Source: Octopus sinensis
Lineage: Eukaryota
DNA: 61,163 nucleotides
Assembly: GCF_006345805.1 (NCBI RefSeq)
Contig: NW_021832398.1
Span: 1-61,163, forward strand
Direction: 5' to 3'
Positions 13,001-26,440 of this stretch are shown piece after piece. The notes beneath the pieces were generated by a model. That model was not told the origin of the DNA. It searched no databases and was given only the letters and a program-made list of their open reading frames with translations. The translations under genes were made by a program, and so were the position numbers. Numbering within the stretch: position 1 is the first letter of the stretch; each line of letters starts with the position of its first letter.

Positions 13001-13640
13001 AATTGGCTGCAACAACCAGCACTTCATCAGGTCCTGCCTCTACCAGGGTTCGTCTGACCGTCACTCCAGCTTTCATCTTGCATTGTCTGTTGGGCTCCAC
13101 CAACCCCAGGAAGCCATCAAGCAGATCGCTCACACGACACTGGAGCAGTTTTTCAGATCTCGGTGGTATTATTGTCGTCCGTAGCACTCTGACCTCGCTA
13201 CCAGGCACGGTCCGCTTTACCACCTTAACGGGGACTGGTCTTCCCTGTACCGAAAGCTTCATGGAACCCAAGTCCAGCTGACAAGCATTCGACGCCAAAT
13301 AATCCAGTCCCAAAATACACTGGTCTTCCATCTCCACCACATAGACAAGAAGCACGACTTCTAGTCCGGCAACATCGATCCGGACATTAACCGGCGCTCT
13401 CAGCTCAGTACAATGTCCGGTAACACCACACAACTGCTGCGATGACTCTGGTAGATATAGATGCTGCAACACATCGGGCCTCACAAAGGTCTGTCCCGAG
13501 GCTGAATCAATCACAAGAGAACACGTCCGACCGTTAACTCTTCCATCCACTCGTATACTGTCAATCCCGGACTCTGCACACTGTCTTGAGTGTGGGGCCT
13601 GTTTGGAATGTCTGGCTGGTGGTTGCTCCTTAATACCAGC
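10046..13640 (-). pseudogene. Gypsy pol relic (protease, RT, RNase H, integrase)
   Basis: VIDSASG protease-like motif, [63 protein letters not shown]; multiple stops and frameshifts. Confidence 0.92.
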
Positions 13641-13645
13641 TCCTC

Positions 13646-14824
13646 TTAGTTTTCCGACTCTCTTTCTTTACTTTCCACTCTCCTTTCCGTAGTTCTTGTT
13701 GGGCAGTCATACCTCATGTGTCCCTTTTTTCCACATATCCAGCACTCACCCTTAAAAGTAGACCCTGTTCTATTGTTCTGTTTTCTCTCTCTCTTCAAGC
13801 TGTAGCAATCCTGCCGCTTGTGTCCAGGTCTCCCACAGTGCCAGCAACACACACCAGTCATCTCTTCATCCTTCTCACAAAGTTCCTGACTATTCCCAAG
13901 TCTTTCAACCTCGTGGATATTTCCTCTCTTTGCCTGGAATCTAGAGCTGCCACTCACTCGGAAATTTCCGGTGCTAGATTTTATGTACGACTCAAATTCC
14001 AGAGCGCTAGCCAGCGCATCATGTATTGTACCTGGCCGTGTCTGCTTCACTTGGACATTGAGATTTGTACTGTCCAGGGCATCTATAAATTGCTCCTTCA
14101 AAAGAAGAACAAGAGATCGGGGGTAGCTGTAGGGTAGGCTTTATGCATCATGCTCTCCGAGTCCTGGGCAAGCTGCTGTAGGGGTTCCCCTCTAGCCTTG
14201 ACACAGGTGCGGAAGTGTGCCCTGTACATTTCACTCTGGCATATAGTGCTATATTTCCTCTGGAGGACTTCCACCAGTGCTGAGTAATGACCCCTGTCTA
14301 CTTCTGACATCCAGCCCAGCACCTCCAGTGGCAGGACCCTTCAAACTGGTGGCAAGCTCTTTGCCCCTCGTCCCAATGGTTCTGCTCCGCCAGCATCTCA
14401 AACTGGATTCGGTAGGCCTCCCAAGACGCTTTGCCATCGAATTCCTGTGGTTTCTTCCTAATAGGAACCACAGAGCTACCTTGAACTCTGGGAGACAAGG
14501 GCCCAGACATTGGAGCATTACGATATGGTGCAGTAACAGCAACTACCTCAGGTTCAGCAACCTTAGGCTCGGTGGTACAAAGTTTCTCTACACACTCCTT
14601 TCTCTTGTCAAGCCTATCCATTTGCACCATGTGACATCACCACTCATTTCGCGCAACTCCTCCTTAAACTGTTGCTCTTTCTCCATTCTTCCCATGAATG
14701 TTTCCAGCTGATCTCGAAGTTGCGTTTGCTGTGTTCCCTGCTCTTTCAACATCTCCACAACTGTAGCCAGAGATATCTCTTCCTTCCTGGACTGGCTCTT
14801 TGGACGTGCACCCTCCGAAGCCAT
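13646..14824 (-). pseudogene. Gypsy gag relic with two CCHC zinc knuckles
   Basis: KKPQEFDGKASWEAYRIQFE, KEQFIDAL, CWHCGRPGHKRQDC, CWICGKKGHMRYDC. Confidence 0.9.
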
Positions 14825-14855
14825 AGTGGATATCTGATTCACTGCAGCAATTAGG

Positions 14856-14873
14856 ATCCCACTTCTGACACCA
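14856..14873 (-). promoter_or_regulatory. Primer-binding site complementary to the tRNA-Leu 3' end
   Basis: TGGTGTCAGAAGTGGGAT, 2 nt after the LTR ...GTAACA end; complements ATCCCACTTCTGACACCA, which I recall as a tRNA-Leu 3' end. Confidence 0.8.
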
Positions 14874-14875
14874 GT

Positions 14876-15874
14876 TGTTACGCTGCACGCAGGCCTACGA
14901 TGTCACCACGGGTCTTCACACAAACAGCCTGCAGTTTGCTGGCCCAGAGAAGCTCGCGTGCGATGACGACACTCAGTAGATCAGAAACCCGCTCTGGACA
15001 GCGAAACGCAGCCAGTAGAGCCAACAAGAACAAAAATTACACACAAGCGTTGCGTAGGCAAAGTATTTTTTTTTTAACAAAACATTCAACACCAGTTCTT
15101 TGGAAAGTTCTTTCTTTTTCTTTCCTTAGTTCCTTAAAAAAAAACACATTTAACATTTAACAACACAAAGTTCTTTTTCTTTTATTTTAAACACAAAGTT
15201 CGTTTCTCAAAACATTTAACACAGTCCTTTTTCTTCTTTCTTTTCTTTTTTTTTTCTTTTCCCTTCTTTTAAAAGCAGTCAACAACTCAGTTCTTTTTTT
15301 CCTTTCCTTTCTTTTAAATAAACACATTTAACAACAAAGTCCCCTTTTTCTTCCTTTCTTTTCAAACAGTTAACGTCACAAAGTTTTTCTCCTTCTTTTC
15401 TTAAAACATTTAACATCATAAAGTTTTCTCTTTTCCTTCCTAAAACATTTAACACCAAAGTTCGTTCCCTTTAAAACACACAAAACACATTTACCGGTAA
15501 CACTTTCTTCCTTACTCGGCCCAAGAGTAGCATCCCGCTACCTCACTTGCCAGTCATTCAGTTCCGGTCTCTCTCTCCAACTGTCCCTCGCAACTTAGCG
15601 ATACCCGGATATATGAAGCCGACCAGCCAGAAAGAGAGGCATCCCGCATGTAACAGTGCGTATTTCTCTTCCCAAACTTTGTCTTCTTTAAACTCTCTGT
15701 GACTGCAGAGGGCCAGAGGTCAAGTGCCTACAGCCACAAACAACCGTGCTCCCTGACAGGACAAAGAAAATACCACTGACCTGAACAACTGCAACACTGT
15801 TTCAATCCCAGCTAATCGCAAAATGGGAGATAATATTTTTTCGTTCGTCTTCATTTTTTCTTGCGTTCGTATCA
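14876..15874 (-). repeat. 5' LTR (~1 kb), TGATACG...CGTAACA
   Basis: TG...CA termini with an imperfect terminal inverted repeat; adjacent PBS. Confidence 0.85.
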
Positions 15875-15917
<43 letters not shown>

Positions 15918-16358
15918 TATATATATGTGTATATATTGATATATATATGTATGTATATATATGTGTATATATAGATGTATATATATGTGTATATATAGAT
16001 ATATATATATGTGTATATATATATGTGTATATATAGATGTATATATATATGTATATATGTGTATATATAGATATATATATATGTATATATAAATGTGTGT
16101 GTATATATACATATATATATATATGTATACATATATATGTGTGTATATATGTATATATGTGTGTGTATATGTGTGTGTATATATGTATATATATATATGT
16201 GTGTGTATATATGTATATATATGTGTGTGTATATATGTATATATATATGTGTGTATATATGTATATATATATGTGTGTATATATGTATATATATGTGTAT
16301 ATATATATATGTATATATATGTGTGTGTGTGTGTATATGTATATATATATATATAAAA
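15875..16358. repeat. (TA/TG)n microsatellite
   Basis: Direct reading. Confidence 0.95.
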
Positions 16359-16699
16359 TAAAATACAAAATGGGACAAGAACGCAAAGCATCTGGACAAC
16401 CAGGTGACACTAAAGGGGATAACAAAACATCCAGATAGACGATACAAAAAAAACCGGACGGGTCATTCAAAGCCTTTTATTTTCAGTCTAGAACCGGATC
16501 ATCCTCGCAATTTCGGCTGATTAATCTTGAGATTGCTCCAATCAATCCAGCCCCAAGAAAAAACTAAGCTAAGAGCATTAGATTCCTTGGGGAAAAGCAT
16601 CGAATGTGTACGAAACAAGGACGGAAAAACAGACGATGTTACAGGAATATAAATACAAAAGTACAATAAAAAACAATAATAATAATAATTAATTCTGAT

Positions 16700-17222
16700 T
16701 GATAGGTTAAAAGGTGACTGTCTGTCTTCCTGAAGTTAGTGTTGCCGATTAAAAGGTTACATGCATCACGAAATTCCAGTAGCCTAGTTCCCTCATCGTT
16801 TCGGGTGCCAATACCATGGACACCATGTACCCTAGTGAAGATACCCGATTCCTGTCTAACATGCCCATTAAAGTTTCCAGCCACAAAGATGAGGTCATTG
16901 CCACTCGTCTTTGAGATAGCCTGTAGAAGGGTATCATAAAAGTAGTCCTTCTGATCATTTGGTAGCACCGCATGTGGGGCGTAGGCGGAGATAATCGTAG
17001 GTGTGCTGTTCTGTAGGACTAGCTTGAGCTTAAGCACTCTATAGCATACCCTGACAACCTCTATGACCTTATCCATCCATTTCTCCACAAGGAGTATGCC
17101 TACACCCCCTACACCATCCATGTTACCTTGCCAGAGGACTTACACCTATGTGCCATGCCTAGGACCCTAGCTGAAGCACCTCTTCATCTTACTTTGTGTA
17201 TGCAGCATACATCAACCCGTCT
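16700..17222 (-). mobile_element. RTE-clade APE endonuclease fragment
   Basis: GVGILLVEKWMDKVIEV, IISAYAPH, AGNFNGHV; closely similar to 59330-59830. Confidence 0.85.
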
Positions 17223-17439
17223 CTATATATGTATGTGTATATATATATAATGTATATATGTGTATACATATATGTGTATGTATATATGTGTATACATATA
17301 TGTGTATGTATATATGTGTATATATATATATATGTGTATGTATATATGTGTGTATATATATATATGTGTATGTATATATGTGTATATATATATGTGTATG
17401 CATATGTGTATATATATATATATGTGTGTGTGTGTATGC

Positions 17440-17481
<42 letters not shown>

Positions 17482-17504
17482 ATACATATATGTGTATATA
17501 TGTA

Positions 17505-19430
17505 TAACAAAAGCTGTTACTCAGAGTTTCACATTCCCGTTTGTCGGACAGTGTTGCTAAGATAGAACAGAAATAATGATATGATGAAAACTAGTTAAAG
17601 GATACACCTTTAAAAATGGATTGGTTTCATTGGTCCTCTTAAATAACAGTTTTAAGCATGCGATAAACAAAATAAGCAAAATAAATGAATTCAATATACA
17701 TTGATCCTATTATAAAAAATCTAGGAAAAACCTTAAATTGAAGAGTGGATTCAAAATACATATTGTCAGTAAGTATATTTGAAATATAATCTGATTAATA
17801 CAATTAATACATTAAAAATTAAAATATTTTGCAACAGTATATACGCATACTAAACCATCAATATACATATATTCATTGATATACACAGACCACATACATA
17901 TGCAGACATGTATATTTAAGACGTAAATATACACACAAATACACATATACATATGTATAGATATGTACGCAATCTTGCCGGCATGCAAAAATCAATTGGT
18001 GTATAATATGGACTAGAAGTAAAACGCAGAGAGGGGAAAAGAAAAAGAAAAGGGGGAGGATCTTATAAGTAACAGTTAGCTAAAGAAGTAAGAGTAGGGG
18101 AAGGGCACGCAAAGTTAAAGTACTCTATACAAGTAATGAATAGGGGGAGAAAAATACTTTTCCATAATGAAGGAAAGGAAGAAAGAAAGATAGGAGGCTT
18201 AATATGTGTAACGAACATACACAAAATAAAATTACGTATGTATGTGTATATAAAAGTGTATGTTAGCAATACATACACATATAAGAACACAAATATATGG
18301 AAATAAGTACATAAATACACATCCACACAATTCAAGTGAATACATGCATACATATACATCCATGTATGTGCACAAGTATAAACATACATGCTTACTTACA
18401 CATATACATAGGCGCATACATATGAATACATATGCATGGCCAACAATACAAATATCCACATAAAAACATCTCTAGGTCCTGACATATATACGAACAACAT
18501 TATTCTAAAAATTGCTGAGTGCATAATAATAAAATTTGGATAAAAGACATGCAAAATAGAACACCCTATATCAAATTATCTATAAATTAAACAATTAAAA
18601 TGGGTTTATAAAATCCAATAAAATGAAATAAAATAAAAGAATCTTAAACAAGAAAATAATATTTGTATATAACGGTCGAAGGTTTTCCTTAAATATGTTG
18701 AAATATATACCATAACTTTGCGATGTAGAATAAATCATGCGTAATAAGAATCAAATCCAAACAGTGTGATTAAAAACTAGTCCAAGAATCAAAAGTATGC
18801 TCTATTCATATGGTATATTGCCAACCTACATTTTAAATTTAGCTGTGTGTCTGCAGGAATTCAAGAGTTTGCTTCTTTGATTTAAAGAATTATTGTCCTG
18901 GAATAAAATGAAATATTTTTTCAGCAGGAATAAATCACATTTGATGGATCTTTTATGTGCACCGTGCCTGTACGATGCAGCTCTATCCAAAATATTCTGC
19001 CAGGCTGATCTTCGTCCTATATTTGGGGTATCTGAAGGAATTTTTACGCGAATAGAATTGGGCTTTGAAAGAATTTTCAGAAACCCCTGTATAAATTCTA
19101 TATTCGTGTGAGCCTTCTATCTGCACCTTGGCTCTATACATGATTCCTTTCTCCAGACATTTTCCTTCCAACAGACAGAAGGACCCATCTTTGCAATTAC
19201 AATTTTTAAGAAGAGAATCAGCACTATGGTTATTAGCAATTATCCTACTATTGTGTTGGTTAATGAAAGAGGTGAAGTTTCTGCAGCAAGAATAGCTGAC
19301 CATAAGTGTTCTTCTATTAAATAATTATGGTCAGGTTGAAAATGCCTAGAGACTAATTTTAAGAATTCCCTACCTATGTTTGTTTTTACGCCCATATTGA
19401 AAGCTGGGTTGAACATAAAACTTTCCTAGT
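17505..19430 (-). mobile_element. 3' portion of a Penelope-like element (GIY-YIG endonuclease plus long 3' region)
   Basis: CNCKDGSFCLLEGKC-LEKGIMYRAKV...IYTGVSENSFK and LNQRSKLLNSCRH at ~18826-19300; TG-rich 3' region ending in a hammerhead relic. Confidence 0.8.
17512..17556 (-). ncRNA. Degenerate type I hammerhead ribozyme relic
   Basis: ctgt-CCGACAA-acgggaatgt-GAAA-CTCTGAG-TA-acag: palindromic stem III and GUA site, but two core substitutions. Confidence 0.4.
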
Positions 19431-19524
19431 CCTAGTTCTACGTGTAGCATTAATGTTAGCATTAAGTTGGTTATACTGGATCTTCTCAGAGAATCCACTA
19501 TTCCTTAATGCGCTATTGTAATAG

Positions 19525-19910
19525 TATTATGGGCTTTCAAAACTGTCTGAGGGTGGTTGTGAAGATCTTTTCATTTCCCCAGTCACCCCAGAAAGCCATT
19601 AAAAAAAATCGATAAACCTACCTCTTATGCCCATAAGATATGGGCATATCCATTCAAAATCGCTAAAACATTGAAATTTGTACATGGTGCGTGCATACAG
19701 CTAGATATGCCATTAGACTGCCAGCTGTTTTTTGATTGGACAGAGATAATTTTACCCTTGACAGTTGAATGCACGTGCACATTTGCAGACAGTCTGTATG
19801 AGTCAGTGCACTTTTGTGTTTTGCAAAGATGTGTTATCATGTGTTTTGGTCTTCAAATGTGCAAGCATCTTTGATTTGAGAAGTGCAGGGAATAATTAAC
19901 GAGTTAGACC
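19525..19910 (+). mobile_element. Helitron-like family fragment
   Basis: Reverse complement of ~44200-44575. Confidence 0.65.
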
Positions 19911-22451
19911 AAGTGAATGACAAGAGAGCAGGATTTTCATGAAAGACCAAATATACTTGATATGCTATCATTCCTTAAGTATGCCATAAAAGAGTTGGAG
20001 CCTATTCAATGAATCTATTTAGGAAGGGCTTTACTTTTATGCTTTCGGTTGATTTAAGTTATCCAGCGAGAGCCCAGGATGTTTTATTCAAGTAGGATTA
20101 AAAATGAAAAAGGGATTTTCATAAAAAATGTTTATTTGTTTGCATTCAGCCTAAGATCAAATCATTTGCTACCTACACAGCAGGGGCATAGGGTCATCAG
20201 GATGATCCTTTTGGTGCAAGAAATCTTAATTTGATTCAGGTTTACCAAAATTGCCAATCAATTAGTGGAAACTCAATAAAACTATTCCTTGCGGGTTTCC
20301 GCATTTAAATTGACTGCAATTTTTTCTTTTAGCCCTAACTTGAGGTACGACTGACCTAAGATACAAAGATTTTCTTAAGTGAAATTTCATGCTTTTGTGT
20401 TTTGAGATACGAGTGAAAATTGAGATGCTAATTAATTTCCAGTCACATTTTTCTACTTGCTAGGAAATTTGAAAACTTTGTCAGCCTTGATTATTCATTT
20501 CATTTTGTTGGTGAAGGTTTGCTTTCATGGTGGTCTTAATCGATTTTCTAACATGCTCCCCCTTCAGCTTCAACAAAGCTGCTAAATTTGCGATGATTAA
20601 TTACCCAGTGCAGCTGCACCTCTGGGTGGGCTCAGAATCTGCAGAGGTTCAGTCAAACGCGTTAAAAAACATAAGTGACGGAAAGGGGAACATAATTTCT
20701 GAAAACAAAGAAAGGGATTTAGCACAACATGAAGCAATCTTTATCTGTAAAGTGCCTGAATTTTGTTCTTACCCCATTTTATAGCTAACCAAACAGAAGC
20801 ACACTGGTACTTAAGACAATTCAAGGCTAGAACTCACGAGTATACAGAGTTTCTGCACTACCTTGATTAAGTAAGAACTTTTTATTCAAACACTGGAAAC
20901 GAACAAGAAGCACATGATATGAAGCTTTCAGTTAGTGGGACTGTGCACGACATAGTCGGACAAAAAAAGGAGGAAGAAGAAAGCAAAAAACTCGAATTTG
21001 ACCTCACCACAGCATGATTTTGAAAATACACATAACCATCATTTGTTGAGTTCGCATTCAGCATGAGGTCGAATCATTCGCTATCTACATAGCAGGTGAC
21101 AAGGGTACTCAGGTTATTACTTATGGTGTGTGAAATCTTAATTTGATTAGAGTTTGCCCCTAACAATCCCTTACGGGCTTCCCCATTCAGATGGAATTAC
21201 AACCGCTTTCTTTTAGCCTTAATTTCCACATAATAAGCTCTTTGTTTGCTACTGCAAATTGATTGGGTTTTGTGATAATAAAACATATAAAGGACATATT
21301 AAAATGACGTATTAAAATACCAGAAAAAATACAAAAATTACAAAATCGTTCATCTAAGGGCCGTTTTGGAGACGTGCCAGTTAATATGATACATTTCATA
21401 TATTCGAAACTGACACTCCCCTCATCAGGATATTTTTTACACACAATAAACAATACATGGATACAAATGCACAATTACATAACATCCATCTGCGGAAGTA
21501 CTAAGACATTACATATACCCAACCTATATATAGATACCTAATCTAATCTAAAAACCATGGTAAATGCTAAGCTCCATCTGGATTAGGTCATTTCTGCACT
21601 TTAATTTTATTTTTATTTTTATTCCTAATTTTGTGAAAACTACTTATCTAAGTTCAAGTCATTGATACAATTTTATACCTATTGTTATTTTTATGTTTAA
21701 TTGTTATATTATGTTTTAAGCTCAATTATTATATTTTGCTTTAGTTTTATTTTAATTATTATTTATAATTTAATTATTATTATTTCTAATTTTTATTGTA
21801 ATTTTTATTTTTATTTATTTTATGCCTACCTCTGACCTTGTATTGAAATCTTCTGCATTTCCTGTGCCAACTATTACCCATTAAGATGTTATATCTCATA
21901 CGGCTGAATGTTGCATGATGTGTTGATGTGTGGCAGGTGGAGGAAAATTGTCAGAGCAGGCAATGGTGTTTTGTTGATGGAGTGGAGTTTTTGCAGCCAA
22001 CAGTGATGTGTTCAATGGTGCAGTGAAGTGAGGCTGAAGTAATAAAATCAGATGGAAAATATAAAAAGTTACGGCCAAAAATGAAACCACTGCTCAGGCA
22101 CAATTATTGATTTTTTGTCAACATATATACTGACATCAACTCACTGTCATGAGCCTCTCTTACTCAACGATATTCATCAAAATTGGACAAAAAATGCAAA
22201 AGCTGCAGGAAAAATAACATTGTTATGGGAATTTCCATTCAAACGCCTGATTGAGCTCACAAAAATCAATGCCAACTAAGCATTATCGAGTTGTTGAAAA
22301 ATTCCAACTTTATTTGAACTTCAGGGCATGTGATCTACCTATGTGTCAAAAAATCATTAAAATCAGCTGGATGGTGTGGTAGGAGTTAGAGTAACCCCAA
22401 ACACAGACAGATACCATTACACATTTATGTATATAGATTTAAGAGTGTGTA

Positions 22452-22970
22452 TCATCATCATCATCATCATTGTTTAATGTCCATTTTCCATGCTAGCATG
22501 GTTTGGACGGTTTGACCAGGGTCTGGGAAGCCAGGAGGTTGCTCCAGTCTTATCTGGCAGTGTTTCTACAGCTGGATGCCCTTCCTAACGCCAACCACTC
22601 CGTGAGTGTAGTGGGTGCTTTTTATGTGCCACCAGCACAGGTGCCAGGGGAGGCTGGAAACGGCCCTGATTGGTTGGTGCTTTTTACGTGCCACTGGCAC
22701 AGAAGCCAGTCAAGGCGGTGCTGGCATCGGCCACGTTCGAATAGTTCTTTTTACGTGCCACCGGCACAGGTATCACAACTACAATTTCCATTTGATTTTT
22801 TATTTTGATGTTGATGCACTTGACTCAATAGGTCTCCTCAAGCACAGCAGGTCGCCCTACGATCCAAGGTAAGCACAGCAGGCCATCCTGCGATCAAAAG
22901 TACTTTGGATGGGCTGGGGCTGCTATGTGAAGCTAGTGCAGGAAACCGCCATGAACTCACATTGTCAGTA
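22452..22970 (-). mobile_element. RTE 3' UTR copy with a variant upstream segment
   Basis: (CAT)n tail, ccatgctagcatgg, gctggatgcccttcctaacgccaacc. Confidence 0.8.
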
Positions 22971-23241
22971 TGTATGTATATATACATATATACATACCTA
23001 CCAATAACGGTATCAATACTGATCATTATATTTTACTTTATTGTAGTAAATTCAACTTACTGTTGGTTTTGATTGTCATTATACTGTTGTTCATATATTA
23101 GTATACTCACTCAGTCCTTTGATTGCCTGAGTAAAATTGAACAACCTTAAACTACTAATGCTATCTCAACTTATATGTTGATATATATATACTCTCTACA
23201 TCTTAGAGTGTACTTCTTCTCTGGCTTTATGTTTTCCCCAA

Positions 23242-23279
<38 letters not shown>

Positions 23280-23751
23280 GAACCAAAGTGTGTGCTATCA
23301 TTTTAAGGTTTTTAATTTATAATTTGAATATAGTGCAGGGTAGTTGTAATAAAAACAGGATGATCATGTAATGCATGAAGTTTCTTACTAACAGTTTCCA
23401 GAATTGCTGAACATATGGAATTGAGTAAAGATTTATTTCCACATAAGCTAAGTACTTTGTATTCTGAGATAGAATTGGGGGAATAATCAAGGATAATAGT
23501 AGTGACTAGTCCATCAAATAATTAAGGAGTGTTTGAAGTAAATGATAGCATTGGTCCACAGTTCCATGATCATAGAATTAGGGAAATTTTTAATAAAATA
23601 TAGCAGCAGTTAGCAGTTCTATTGTTTAAGTATAAAGGAAAATCCATGAGTGGAAGGCCTGTTAAATATACAGGACAGTGTGAAGGAAAGGTAGGGTTGT
23701 AAATGTATGATGACAGTCTAACCCATATAGTGGGGGTGTTCATAACATAGG

Positions 23752-23850
23752 AAGCTATAGTAGAAGACACTTGCCCGAGGTGCCGCACAGTGGGACTGAA
23801 CCAGGAACCATGTGGTTGGTAAGCAAGCTACTTAACACACAGCCACTCCT
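23752..23850 (-). mobile_element. tRNA-derived SINE type A, head only
   Basis: Reverse complement of 27094-27190. Confidence 0.75.
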
Positions 23851-24273
23851 GCATGTATACATACACACACACACACTCACACAAACAAACACATTTATGC
23901 ATATGCACACACGCACACATACATACATATATGTATACATATATGCACAGATCTATGCTTACTCATACATGTTTGAGTGTTTATTTATATATACGCACCC
24001 ACACATACTCATCATTCATACATATAGAGGAATAGGTGATAGTGATTAGGGAATGGGTGGTTCACTGGTAAGGAATGAAGAAGACCATATGTGCAAAGCA
24101 AGAACCTTATTGTTATGAACCACCGTGATCTAGGTTTATCAGATGGCCAAAGGGATGGGTATTGTTAGAGGGTTGTAAACAAGATAAAAGAAATCTTCAG
24201 GTGATAGACTTTAGTGAATGTTATATGGTCTGTGGTAGGGTAGAGTTGGACATCAAGTGGTTATTTTAAAGTA

Positions 24274-25530
24274 TTGGGTTGGCAACTAAGTTCCCGCTGT
24301 TTTTTTAAATTTTAATTTTTTAAAAGGTTTAATAAAAAGCAACAACTAATTAATCAATAATGTATTCACCCTTGTTGTTTACAACTTCTTCCCAATGTTC
24401 AACGAGATTTTCAATACCTCGTTGGTAGAAATCGCCCAATTTCGACTCATCCAACCAAACTCTCAATTCTGCATCAGTATTGAACGAAACTCTGTACATA
24501 GCATTTGAAAGAGATCGAAAGAGGTGGAAATCTGTTGGTGCCAAATCAAGAGAGTACAGCGAGTGTGGCAGCACTTCCCAGCCATGCATTTGAATGACTT
24601 CCTTGGTCATATTGGTGATATGAGGGCGGGCGTTGTTGTGCAGCTGAAGAACTCCATGCTGTCGATTGGGTCTTTTCTCTTGAATAGCTGTAGTGAGTCA
24701 TTCCATCTGTTGAACATAGAGTTCAGCGTTGACCGTTTAGTTCTGTTCAAGCAATTTGTAATGGATAATCCCTTCCCAGTCCCACCATATGCACAACATC
24801 GTTTTACATGGATGAAGATCTTGTTTCACGCACAGTATCGCTTGTTTACTAGGGCTAAGCCATTCCTTACACTGCTTCATATTAACGTCCAGGCATCATT
24901 TTTCGTTGCCAGTAACAATTCGGTTAAGAAATTGTTGCTTGTGTCTATGAGTTGAGCGGTGATGAGCAAGCAAACCAGTGGAGCTTGTGGCTCATTGATT
25001 TTTGTTGTTGTCACTTAAAGCATGCCGAACCCATGCTCCATACTTCTGAATCTTTCCCATCAAGTGAAGATGCCTCTCTATAGCAGTGTGAGAGCATTCC
25101 ATTTTCTCTGCCAGTTTCCTTGTCATTTGACGAGAATTTATGTGCAAAAGTTAGTTTAATCGTTCTTCGTCGAACTCAACTGGACAGCCAGAACGAAGTG
25201 CGTCTTTGAAGTCAAAATTTCCATTTTTGAACTTGGCATACCAATCACGAGCAGTTCTTTCAGCGATGGCACCCTCTTCATACACAGCACAAATGTCGTG
25301 AGCAGCTTTGGCAGCCTTAAACCTTGATTAAAAGCAAAAAGAAGGTGTCAAAAATGCTCATTTTTCTTAACTTGACATTCCATTTTAATGATCTGAAAAT
25401 AAACAAAAATTAACTAAAATTACCTAGAAAAAAAACCCAAAATAGATTCCAAAATGATTCAAAAATAGAATTCTCGAAAAAAATAGATTTCAAAATTTAA
25501 AAAAACAGCGGAACTTAGTTACCAACCCAA
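24274..25530 (-). mobile_element. Full-length dead mariner
   Basis: TA flanks; TIRs ttgggttggcaactaagttcccgctg / cagcggaacttagttaccaacccaa; YSLDLAPTDFHLF motif; first two catalytic Asp positions read as Asn; relic ORF 24350-25383. Confidence 0.93.
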
Positions 25531-26059
25531 TATAAAATATTAAAATATTACTGGAAGTGCATGTTCATGGGAAGTCAATAAAATATAAGTTATCACTAGA
25601 TGTAAATATAGTGAATTATAACATATACGGATGAAATAAGTAGAGTAATAATAAATAATAGATACTGTCATTAATAATAGAATGAGGTAAATAAATAGGT
25701 TCAGTAAAGAAATCTGGTAAGGTAAGTATATAAATTTTACTTTAAATAGTGTTTAATTATGATAGGCATTTCATAAATTATATGCTGAAAATGCAGTAAA
25801 TATACTAATTAAATTGAGTTATGCTATATCTGCACTACATATCAATGAAAATAAAGTGCTTGATAGCAATACAGAGGTAGTTGTTTTACTGCATTTGGAT
25901 TTGTGGAAAAATCGAAAAAGTCATGAAGAATCTATGAATTTAACCAATCCATGCTTAAATATTCCTATTCCACTGCCCTGTATTTTTAGCAGGCCTTCTT
26001 CTCATAATCTACCTCACTTTCTCTTCATAGATGAAACCAGTAACTACTATTATATTTTC

Positions 26060-26440
26060 CCATGGATTTTCCTTGATACTTCAACAATGGAACTGTTAAC
26101 TGCTGCCATGTTTCACTAAGGATTTCCTTAATTCTTTGATCATGGAACTGTGAACCAATGCTATCGTTTACTTTGGACACTCCTTAATTATTCAATGAAC
26201 TGGTAAATACTGCTATACTTTACTAAGGATTTCCTTAATTCTTTGATCATGGAACTGTGAACCAATACTATCTTTTATTTTGGACACTCCTTATTTGGTC
26301 AATGAACTGGTAACTGCTGCTATGTTTTACCAAGAATCTCTTTGATTCTTTAACCATGGAACTGTGGACCAATACTATCTTTTACTTTGGACACTTTGAT
26401 GAACTGGTAACTACTAATATCCTTGATTGAGGATATTCCT
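26060..26440. repeat. ~107-bp tandem repeat, about 3 copies plus a partial
   Basis: taaggatttccttaattctttgatcatggaactgtg at 26117 and 26224; diverged copy at 26331. Confidence 0.8.

Larger units (their letters stand above)
9216..15874 (-). mobile_element. Ty3/Gypsy LTR retrotransposon, decayed, 3' LTR truncated
   Basis: gag-PR-RT-RNaseH-IN order, paired LTRs, PBS and PPT. Confidence 0.95.

Noticed and set aside
15645-15656. GTAACA as the LTR boundary
   Set aside because: Homology between the LTRs continues to 15874 and the PPT abuts 9977, so this is internal.
16360-16690. Stem followed by GAAA in an unclassified repeat (minus strand)
   Set aside because: No CUGANGA upstream and no NUH site; left unclassified.
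20150-20215. CUGAUGA with apparent stems I and II on the minus strand
   Set aside because: No GAAA core, stem III or NUH; the paralogue at ~21100 lacks the motif.
21380-21435. Hammerhead-like CUGAUGA...GAA motif on the minus strand
   Set aside because: Stems I and II cannot be put in register; at best a heavily decayed relic.
21880-22440. Possible further Helitron (ends tatatagat, i.e. 5'-TC on minus)
   Set aside because: No 3' hairpin or CTAG found and no second copy in the window.
26060-26440. Tandem repeats as a CRISPR-like array (also 37881-37967)
   Set aside because: No unique spacers, eukaryotic context, no cas genes.
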